The notes below the pieces were generated by a model, which did no database searches, had not been told where the DNA came from, and saw only the letters and a list, made by a program, of their open reading frames with translations. A stretch of DNA of 12,237 nucleotides. Origin: Candidatus Micrarchaeota archaeon (lineage in GTDB: Archaea; Micrarchaeota; Micrarchaeia; Anstonellales; Bilamarchaeaceae). The stretch spans positions 1 through 12,237 of the forward strand of contig JBBITJ010000024.1 of NCBI GenBank assembly GCA_037440825.1. The letters are read 5' to 3'. The translations under genes and the position numbers were made by a program. Of the stretch, positions 5,771 through 12,237 are shown one piece after another; the first letter of the stretch is position 1, and the number at the start of each line of letters is the position of its first letter.

Positions 5771-7528
5771 CGACGGCCGGGGCATGGCTGATTCTGATTT
5801 CATCTTTTCCAGTTCCCCTGCCTTCTCGCGCACCGTGGCCGCGACGACCTGCTGTTTCCTCTTCACTTCCACAGCGAGCTTCTCGAAATCCTTGCCAGAA
5901 GTCTTCTTCTCGAGGGATTTTACAAGCTCCCTGCTTTCCTTCAGGAGGCTGTTCAGGCTTTCCCTGGCTTCGGCGATGCGCTCCTCCACGCTCTTCTCCT
6001 GCGCGTTCACGGCCTCCAGCTCCTGCTCGTAATTGGACGAGAGTAATTCGAGCTCCTTGAGGTAGCCGCGCATGTACTTCACTTCAGCGAACTCTCTGAG
6101 CTTCCCGAGCTCGACCTCGCTCTCCTTCACGTAATCCTCTATCTCCTCGACCTTCTTCTGGTAATCGTTGAGGTAATCCTCTATGAGTCCCTCCGCTTTC
6201 CTGATGTCCTGGAGCTTCGCGAACGACTGCGCAGCCTCCTCGCTCCTCGCGTCGAGGACCATCTTCACGTTCTCAAGCCTCCTCGCTATGTCTGCGCGCG
6301 TCTGCGAAAGCTGGGAAAGCGCGGCGTAGGAAGTCGCGATAGCCTCGTTTATCTCTCCCGCCTGCCTGTTCAGCTCGTCTATCCCCTTCCTGAGCTCCTG
6401 CTCCTTGCCCTCTATCTGGGAAAGCGAGTGCGAGATGTCCATCGCTTCAGCCTTCTTCGACTTGGCCTCGTCCTCTATTCCCTTTATCTCTGCCTTGAGC
6501 CGCTCGTCCTCGGCCTCGAGGGATTTCTTGAGCTTCTCCATCTCCGCCTTGTTGGAGTACATGGTGCGCCTGCTCTCGTCCCTTATGCGCTTGAGCGCAG
6601 TCTCTATCCTGTCGATTTCCCCTATTTTCTCTGGCATGTTCATGAGCCGTTCTTTGAGCTCCATAATCTTGCCTTCCTTTTCGAGCAGCCGTTCGGCTAT
6701 GTTTTCATAAGCCGCCTTGAACCTGCTTTCGAGCGGAACATAAGCTTCTGCGAGGAGCTTCTCCCGCTCTGCCTTGAGCTTCTCTATCTCCTCCTTCTTG
6801 ACCTTTATCTGGTCCATGTATTCAGCTATCGAGCGCTTGAGCGAAGCAATCTCTTCCTCGGCCTTGATCCTCTCCCTTTCCGCCTTCTTGGTTTCGGGTT
6901 TAGCGTTTCCGGTTTCCTTTGCCTCCGCCTTGTGCAGGTGCGGGAGGCGCAGCTCCTTCCTCGAACCGAACGCCTCCTCGATTATCTTCTCCTCGTGCTC
7001 CAGGTCCTCCTCGCTCCTCTCCTCCGAGAACTTGCTGATTACGCTCGAAGCCACCTCCTCGTCAGCTTTCTTCCGGGGCTTCTCACCTATCCGCTCCATT
7101 ATGCGCTCCACGCGCTCCTCTGCCTTCAGGTCCTCGTGCCTCGGCTCGATCTCCATCTGCTTGAACGGCGGCATATCCTCCGGTTTTTCCGGCGCAGCAG
7201 CCGGCTTTTCCTCCTCTTTCTTAGGAGGATATGAGGGTTGCGCGTAGAATTCCTGCGTTTCCCTCTTCGCGGTCATCTCCCCTTCCTTCTCCTCGCTCGG
7301 GATTTCCTCGCCTGCCCAGACCGCGAATTCGTTGAGAAGCCTGTATTCCACCTTCACGTATCCCTCGTCTTCAAGAATAGAAATCCATTTCTTGAGCATG
7401 TCCGTGCGCATGCCCATCTCGCGCGCCAGCGCGTTCATCTCTATGCGCTTCTTCGCTGAAAGGTACTTTATGAGCCTGTCTATGTCCGTGCTTATCAGGG
7501 CGTCGTCGGCCACGGTTTTCTTGTCCAT
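5717..7528 (-). CDS. N-terminal winged-helix plus long coiled-coil protein (603 aa), no ATPase motifs
   Basis: ISTDIDRLIKYLSAKKRIEMNALAREMGMRTDMLKKWISILEDEGYVKVEY is wHTH-like; an acidic/Pro linker precedes about 350 aa of E/K-rich heptads. Start moved from GTG 7537 to ATG 7528 because an AGGTGA SD lies 5 nt before that ATG. Confidence 0.9.
   Translation of the reverse strand: MDKKTVADDALISTDIDRLIKYLSAKKRIEMNALAREMGMRTDMLKKWISILEDEGYVKVEYRLLNEFAVWAGEEIPSEEKEGEMTAKRETQEFYAQPSYPPKKEEEKPAAAPEKPEDMPPFKQMEIEPRHEDLKAEERVERIMERIGEKPRKKADEEVASSVISKFSEERSEEDLEHEEKIIEEAFGSRKELRLPHLHKAEAKETGNAKPETKKAERERIKAEEEIASLKRSIAEYMDQIKVKKEEIEKLKAEREKLLAEAYVPLESRFKAAYENIAERLLEKEGKIMELKERLMNMPEKIGEIDRIETALKRIRDESRRTMYSNKAEMEKLKKSLEAEDERLKAEIKGIEDEAKSKKAEAMDISHSLSQIEGKEQELRKGIDELNRQAGEINEAIATSYAALSQLSQTRADIARRLENVKMVLDARSEEAAQSFAKLQDIRKAEGLIEDYLNDYQKKVEEIEDYVKESEVELGKLREFAEVKYMRGYLKELELLSSNYEQELEAVNAQEKSVEERIAEARESLNSLLKESRELVKSLEKKTSGKDFEKLAVEVKRKQQVVAATVREKAGELEKMKSESAMPRPSKEGKKEKKEKEGKKKKK
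6889..6916 (-). repeat. Four in-gene heptamers GAAACCG GAAACGC TAAACCC GAAACCA (ETGNAKPET)
   Basis: Read directly; same unit and similar peptide (ETGNxKP) as at 4526-4567. Confidence 0.75.
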
Positions 7529-7537
7529 ACCTTTCAC

Positions 7538-7604
7538 CTGTTTACAGTTTTGAGTTCCGAATTCCAGGTTCCGTTCAGCACTTGGAACCCAAAACGCGAA
7601 ACGT
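7538..7604. repeat. Inverted heptamer arrays (5 + 3 units) forming a hairpin directly after the rpl10e stop
   Basis: + strand: CTGTTTA CAGTTTT GAGTTCC GAATTCC AGGTTCC, 11-nt spacer, GGAACCC AAAACGC GAAACGT. Confidence 0.75.
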
Positions 7605-8134
7605 TATGCTGCCGCTTTCTCGTCCATGACGAGCTTGTACGCGCCCGGAAGCTTCTTGAGCGCGCGCTTTATCGCGGCCTGTATGAGCGGCGTCTTGTCC
7701 TTGTAGGTGTTTATGGTGAAGACCTCCTGGTTCTTCCTCACCCTCGCCGCCTTGTCAGTGGCGCGGCCGAACGACTGCCTCATTCCCTTCTGGAGACGGT
7801 CGGCTCCTGCGCCTGCAATCATCTTGTTCTCCCTTATCACTTGGTGCGGGAAAACCCTGACTACGAAATAGAAGTTGCCCAGCATGACCTTCTCCAGGTA
7901 CTTGTTCACCGCCTGCCTCGAGCTCTCGAGCGCGTTGTCCCTTATCTGGATGTCCTGCTGGCTTATAAGCCTGAACGTGACGTTGTAGTCCGGCTTTATC
8001 GTGCCCATCCTGAACTGCGTTATGTCCTGGTGGGGCATGGCCTTTATGTATGATTTCCTCGGCTTCGAGCGCGAGTGCCTCGTCCATGAAGGCTTGAGCG
8101 TGTCTCTCATCGTTCTTCCAGGTCTAAGTCCCAT
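7604..8134 (-). CDS. rpl10e: 50S ribosomal protein L10e (uL16)
   Basis: MGLRPGR start, QIRDNALESSRQAVNKYL, RVFPHQVIRENKMIAGAGADRLQKGMRQSFG signature. Confidence 0.97.
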   Translation of the reverse strand: MGLRPGRTMRDTLKPSWTRHSRSKPRKSYIKAMPHQDITQFRMGTIKPDYNVTFRLISQQDIQIRDNALESSRQAVNKYLEKVMLGNFYFVVRVFPHQVIRENKMIAGAGADRLQKGMRQSFGRATDKAARVRKNQEVFTINTYKDKTPLIQAAIKRALKKLPGAYKLVMDEKAAA

Positions 8135-8165
8135 AATCGTTCCCTCATTTATATCGGTTCTGTTC

Positions 8166-8225
8166 TTTTAAAACATTTCCAAACATTTATAAGCACAAAT
8201 TTATGGAAAAAACCATAAATAAAAA
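8166..8225 (-). promoter_or_regulatory. EF-2 terminator region (U-tracts, ATTTATGG-N6-CCATAAAT inverted repeat at 8199-8220) and candidate rpl10e TATA boxes (8193-8186, 8173-8166)
   Basis: Minus strand after TAG reads TTTTTATTTATGGTTTTTTCCATAAAT, then CTTATAAA and TTTTAAAA. Confidence 0.55.
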
Positions 8226-10415
8226 CTAATCCAGGAATTCCTGCGGCGTGGGCGGTTCGGGCTTGTCTCCCTTCCTTTCCCTCACCTGCTTCACGACCTT
8301 GGATACGAGGTCTTTGGGCATCGCTTCGTAACCTGCGTATTCCTGGTAGGGTATTGCCTTGCCCTGCGTTGCAGAGCGGAGGTCGCTTCCGAACCCGAAC
8401 ATCTCGGCAACAGGCAGCTTCGTTATCACGTTCGTGTATTCGCCGTCCTGCTGCATGTCTATGAGCTGTCCCCTCTTGCCCTGCGTGAGCGTCACTACGT
8501 TGCCCGCGTATTCCTGCGGAACGTTGATAGTGACCTTCTGCTTCGGTTCGAGCAGCGTTATCCCTGCTGTTAGCATAGCCGCGTAGATCGGTCTCTTGAT
8601 TGCGGGAAGTATCTGCGCAGGACCTCTGTGCACGTTGTCCTCGTGCAGCATCGCGTCGGTTATGGTGACCTTCACTCCGGTCACTTTTTCTTTTGCGAGC
8701 GGCCCCTTGTCGCACGCCTCCTCGAAGCCCTGTATTATGAGCTCCTGGACCTCGTTGAGGTACTGGACACCTTTGGTAGCATCAACAAGGATGTTCCTGT
8801 TGTAGATGTCCCACACCCCCTTGGCCTCGTCGCGCTCCATTCCTGCCTTGATGAGCGCCTCTATAACCTCCCTTCCCTTCGGCTTCCCGTCAGGAATAGT
8901 TCCGTCTTCCATTGCCTGTATCAGCTCAGCAGGAAGCGGCGATACTTTCACCTTTATCTTGTTGTGTTTGTTCGGCGACTTCCCTTCGATTTCCTGGGAC
9001 TCGAGCGTTATGGTCTCCCTGTAAACAACCACCGGAGGCGAGGTCTTTATGTCGAGCTTCTTCTCGTTCTTTATCTTGTACTCTATGATCTCCAGATGGA
9101 GCTCTCCCATGCCGCTGATGAGGTGCTCTCCGGTCTCCTGGTTGAGCTCTATCTTGAGTGTGGGATCCTCCTTCTTGATTCCCCTCAGAATCTCTATCAG
9201 CCGCGCGAGGTCCTTGCTCTGCTTCGCCTCTATTGATTTGGTGATGACAGGCTCGGCGTAGTGCTTGATCTGCTCGAACGGCTCTATTATCTCGTTCGAA
9301 ACAGTCTCTCCGACGTAAAGATCCTTCACGCCAACTATTGCGCCGATGTTTCCGGCGCTCACGTGCTCGGCAGTGACGCGGTCAGGGCCCATGTATATGG
9401 CGACCTGCTGGACCTTGGCGAACTGCTTCTTGGACGCCACATACAGCTGGTCTCCCTTCTGCACGCTTCCGGAGAAAAGTCTTACTACTCCGACTTCGCC
9501 TGCGTGCTCGTCGTAAACGACACCGAAGCACACTCCTACCGCTTTCGCTTTGGAGTTGCATGCAAGCATCTCCTTTCCTGTTTCAGTAGTCAAATCGCCT
9601 TTCCACAGCACCGGGATACGGTACGGCTGGGCCTTGTTCGGGCTCGGCAGATGCGTGATGACCATTTCCAGGAGCACTTCGTCCAGCGGCGATTTCTCGA
9701 CGAGGAACTTGTGGTCTCCTCTCTGCACTTTGTCTATTATGTCCTTGAATGTTATGTTGAACCTCTTCATGGAGGTGGCACTCACTGCCCATTTGTTGTA
9801 TGCGCTTCCGAACGCGATGTTCCCTTTTCCTACATCTATCATCCACGCGTCCGTGAACTCCTTGGGCGCATTCACGGCTATTATTTTGTTTATTCCGGCT
9901 ATGATCTTGAGGAACCTCTTCTGCATGGTCTGGGGGTCGAGCTTGAGCTCGTTTATCAGCCTGTCGATCTTGTTGATGAACACCGTGGGCTTCGCGCGCT
10001 CCTTGAGCGCCTGCCTTAGCACCGCCTCGGTCTGCGGCATTATACCCTCGACCGCATCAACCACGAGCACCACTCCGTCTACTGCCCTGAGCGCCCTCGT
10101 TACGTGGCCTCCGAAGTCCACGTGCCCGGGGGTATCAATGAGGTTGATCAGGTAGTCCTTGCCCTGGAACTGGAACCCGAGCGAGATGTTCGCGGATTTG
10201 ATCGTGATTCCGCGCGCCTGCTCCTGCTCGTCGAAGTCCATCACCCTCTGTTCGCCTGCGAGCTCTTTTGAAATGAGCCCGGCTCTCGCGACCAGCGAGT
10301 CCGTGAGCGTGGATTTTCCGTGATCCACGTGCGCGATGATCGCGATGTTCCTGACGTTGTCAAGATGGTCCATCAATTTCTGGACCTCTTCTACTACGAA
10401 TTCTTTCCTTACCAT
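8226..10415 (-). CDS. fusA: Translation elongation factor EF-2 (aEF-2)
   Basis: [23 protein letters not shown] GTPase motifs; GMGELHLE; diphthamide loop [12 protein letters not shown]; 729 aa. Confidence 0.99.
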   Translation of the reverse strand: MVRKEFVVEEVQKLMDHLDNVRNIAIIAHVDHGKSTLTDSLVARAGLISKELAGEQRVMDFDEQEQARGITIKSANISLGFQFQGKDYLINLIDTPGHVDFGGHVTRALRAVDGVVLVVDAVEGIMPQTEAVLRQALKERAKPTVFINKIDRLINELKLDPQTMQKRFLKIIAGINKIIAVNAPKEFTDAWMIDVGKGNIAFGSAYNKWAVSATSMKRFNITFKDIIDKVQRGDHKFLVEKSPLDEVLLEMVITHLPSPNKAQPYRIPVLWKGDLTTETGKEMLACNSKAKAVGVCFGVVYDEHAGEVGVVRLFSGSVQKGDQLYVASKKQFAKVQQVAIYMGPDRVTAEHVSAGNIGAIVGVKDLYVGETVSNEIIEPFEQIKHYAEPVITKSIEAKQSKDLARLIEILRGIKKEDPTLKIELNQETGEHLISGMGELHLEIIEYKIKNEKKLDIKTSPPVVVYRETITLESQEIEGKSPNKHNKIKVKVSPLPAELIQAMEDGTIPDGKPKGREVIEALIKAGMERDEAKGVWDIYNRNILVDATKGVQYLNEVQELIIQGFEEACDKGPLAKEKVTGVKVTITDAMLHEDNVHRGPAQILPAIKRPIYAAMLTAGITLLEPKQKVTINVPQEYAGNVVTLTQGKRGQLIDMQQDGEYTNVITKLPVAEMFGFGSDLRSATQGKAIPYQEYAGYEAMPKDLVSKVVKQVRERKGDKPEPPTPQEFLD

Positions 10416-10453
10416 GATATCTGCCCTCTTGTTGATGTATATGAAGCACTAGC

Positions 10454-10502
10454 CGGTTTCAGGTTTCCAGTCTCGAAACCGAAAACCCGAAACAGGGAAC
10501 GG
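10454..10502. repeat. Inverted heptamer arrays (3 + 4 units) forming a hairpin directly after the rps7 stop
   Basis: + strand: CGGTTTC AGGTTTC CAGTCTC | GAAACCG AAAACCC GAAACAG GGAACGG, abutting the TAA at 10505-10503. Confidence 0.8.
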
Positions 10503-11105
10503 TTATCTGGCGCTCCTCGCCATCCTTTCCATTTCGTCCCTCTTCCTCATGGCGTAGCTCGCCTGCAGATCGCCCTTGGCGGTCGCTATTATCTCGTTTG
10601 CGAGCGCCTTGTCCAACGACTTGCCCTTGTTGAAGCTTCCCATTATCGCTGCCAGGGTTATGTTCCTGAGCGCAAGGTCGAGCCTCCTCGTGGCCGAAAT
10701 GTCAGTCGCGACCTGGTAGCTCACGCCTCCGAACGACACTCTCGTGACGTCTTCGCGGGGCGCGGAGTTCTGCAATGCCTTCACGAGCACCTGTATGGGG
10801 TTGTCCTTGGTCTGCTCAGCCACCATGTCCAACGCGCTCTCCACTATGCGGAGCGCCTTGAGCTTCTTGCCCTGCATCCTTCCTTTGGTGCGGATGACCT
10901 TCCCGCTGGTCTTCTCTCCAGTTCCTCCCCTCATGAGCTTGTTCGCCAGCCTCTCGACTATGTTCACCTTGTGCTTGGCGAACTGCTTCTTCGCGTGCCT
11001 TCCGAAGCTGTGCGGCACGTTCGTGGGCTTGAGCGATACCACTTGCTTGAGCGAGAGGTCCGCGATCTCTATTCCGTCGCTTTCGTATTTTCCGAAGATT
11101 TTCAT
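10503..11105 (-). CDS. rps7: 30S ribosomal protein S7 (uS7)
   Basis: PHSFGRH, NIVERLANKLMR, NPIQVLVKALQNSAPRED, RRLDLALRNI, ERMARSAR. Start set at ATG 11105 because the GTG at 11114 falls within the AAGGTG SD. Confidence 0.97.
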   Translation of the reverse strand: MKIFGKYESDGIEIADLSLKQVVSLKPTNVPHSFGRHAKKQFAKHKVNIVERLANKLMRGGTGEKTSGKVIRTKGRMQGKKLKALRIVESALDMVAEQTKDNPIQVLVKALQNSAPREDVTRVSFGGVSYQVATDISATRRLDLALRNITLAAIMGSFNKGKSLDKALANEIIATAKGDLQASYAMRKRDEMERMARSAR

Positions 11106-11123
11106 GAACAACACCTTATGCGG

Positions 11124-11552
11124 CTACCTCTTGGGCTTTTCTTTCCTCTTCTTCCTGAGCATCTGCAGGTCCACGCCGTTCACCGCGACGACCTTGTACC
11201 TGACTCCGGGCACCGAGCCCATCTGCCCGCGCTGCGAGCCGCCCATGCCTGCAATGAGCACTTCGTCGTGCTCGTCTATGTACGTGATGGCCTTGTCTCT
11301 CGTCGCGTGCGCAGTGACCACTTTCCCGTTCTTCACGAGCTGCACTTTCACGCACTTGATGAGGCCCGAGTGCGGCTGCTTCTGCTCCAATACGACTTTC
11401 TCGAGCACGATGGCTTTCGCCTGGGGCGAGCCCTCGAGCGGATCGTACTTCTGCTTGAGCTTGAGCGCCTTCCTCTTCCAGCGCTTGGAAAGCCATCTGT
11501 AAAGCTTCCTCTTCCTTTTCAGGTTACGACCTGCGAATTCTCCATTTCCCAT
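11124..11552 (-). CDS. rps12: 30S ribosomal protein S12 (uS12, archaeal/S23 type), divergent in conserved loops
   Basis: [55 protein letters not shown]; lies immediately upstream of rps7 and EF-2. Confidence 0.97.
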   Translation of the reverse strand: MGNGEFAGRNLKRKRKLYRWLSKRWKRKALKLKQKYDPLEGSPQAKAIVLEKVVLEQKQPHSGLIKCVKVQLVKNGKVVTAHATRDKAITYIDEHDEVLIAGMGGSQRGQMGSVPGVRYKVVAVNGVDLQMLRKKRKEKPKR

Positions 11553-11675
11553 GAATACACCTTCTAAGCAATGTTTTTCTCTCTCTGGTTTCCCGGCCCC
11601 GCCGCGTGAACAGGCGAAATCGGGTAATACTTCTCATCACCACTAATTAGAAGTATAATACTTATGCCGGGCGGG

Positions 11676-11683
11676 TTTATAAA
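11676..11683. promoter_or_regulatory. Palindromic TATA box TTTATAAA, possibly serving both rps12 and the divergent ORF
   Basis: Strongest TATA match in the 164-nt divergent gap; 33 nt before ATG 11717. Confidence 0.6.
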
Positions 11684-11716
11684 TATTGACCTTCACCTTC
11701 CAAATAGTGAAAATAA

Positions 11717-12237
11717 ATGGAAGACGATGCCGAAGCGGAAGTGAAGCTCAGGATATACGAGCTCATAATTTCCCGGTACAGGGACAAGATAGAGGAGAGC
11801 GAGCACAAGAGCATATCCGAGCTGCGCGAGCGCATCTCCCCTTACAACGGCTTCGTGAAGCAGCTGAGCGAGCGCCTTTCCGCAGAGCTGAAGCCCTACG
11901 AGTACGAGAAGCATTTCCCTGCCGCGCTCCAGAATTCCATTGAATACGTGAAAGGGATAATGAACGTGGAGCTGCCAGTGAGCTTCTGGATAGATTTCGA
12001 AACTCTGGACAAGCTGAAGGCAGGGGACGTGATAGACAAGGCGCTGCTCCTCACCTCGCTGCTGCGCTCCTTCGGCTCGCCGACCGCGAAGATGCTCATC
12101 ACCAAGAGCCGCAAGGTGTATGTGGGCTACGAGTGGAAAGGCGAGCAGCACATGATAAACCCGGAAAGCGGCTCAGTGCTCACAGGGGATGACGTGCAGA
12201 AAGCGTTCGCCGACGACCCCCTTGTCTACGCGTTTTC
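11717..12237 (+). CDS. Transglutaminase-like fold protein, apparently catalytically inactive; 3' end outside the window
   Basis: Manual translation MEDDAEAEVKLRIYELIISRYRDKIEE...FWIDFETLDKLKAGDVIDKALLLTSLLRSFG...RKVYVGYEWKGEQHMINPES..., open for 173 codons to the edge. Missing from the ORF track. Confidence 0.85.
   Translation, partial: MEDDAEAEVKLRIYELIISRYRDKIEESEHKSISELRERISPYNGFVKQLSERLSAELKPYEYEKHFPAALQNSIEYVKGIMNVELPVSFWIDFETLDKLKAGDVIDKALLLTSLLRSFGSPTAKMLITKSRKVYVGYEWKGEQHMINPESGSVLTGDDVQKAFADDPLVYAF

Noticed and set aside
5717..7528. SMC/Rad50 annotation
   Set aside because: No Walker A/B, signature motif, hinge or zinc-hook CxxC.
8610..8650. Non-canonical EF-2 paralogue lacking the diphthamide site
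   Set aside because: The HRG motif is intact (His codon 8630-8628), so this is a canonical EF-2.
5784..10155. Numerous plus-strand and alternate-frame ORFs over the coiled-coil gene, rpl10e and EF-2
   Set aside because: Shadows of well-supported genes; Ser/Leu/Phe- or Arg-rich with no motifs.
4147..10502. Heptamer arrays as CRISPR repeats or IS ends
   Set aside because: Units are 7 nt, tandem and without spacers; no cas or transposase gene and no target-site duplications visible.
10320..11567. 415-aa and 252-aa plus-strand ORFs
   Set aside because: Antisense to rps12, rps7 and the EF-2 start.
11686..12151. ORF-track calls 11686-11943 (+), 11693-12151 (-) and 11896-12114 (-)
   Set aside because: The frame from ATG 11717, open to the window edge, has normal codon usage and a recognisable fold pattern.

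Overview
Archaeal chromosomal window. The archaeal-type uS12, uS7, EF-2 and uL16, TATA-box promoters and GGTG(A) Shine-Dalgarno sites are read from the sequence; a DPANN lineage such as Micrarchaeota is my inference. Right half, minus strand: rps12-rps7-EF-2 then rpl10e, with no EF-1alpha/rps10 after EF-2, followed by a large winged-helix plus coiled-coil protein. Left half: a KH-less aCPSF1-like beta-CASP nuclease, a small membrane-anchored protein and a >669-aa hypothetical that runs off the left edge (absent from the ORF track). Divergent from these is a 3-gene operon: a 102-aa protein ending in a ribosomal P-stalk-like tail, a winged-helix protein and a lipoprotein. A partial transglutaminase-like ORF lacking its catalytic triad runs off the right edge. 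The most notable signals are (1) the P-stalk-tail protein, (2) a probable leaderless 19-20-aa uORF with hairpins in the nuclease leader, (3) a dispersed GAAACCG-type heptamer repeat family forming G-U-rich hairpins right after r-protein stop codons and also lying in frame in two genes, and (4) a uS12 with substitutions at normally near-invariant decoding-centre residues.
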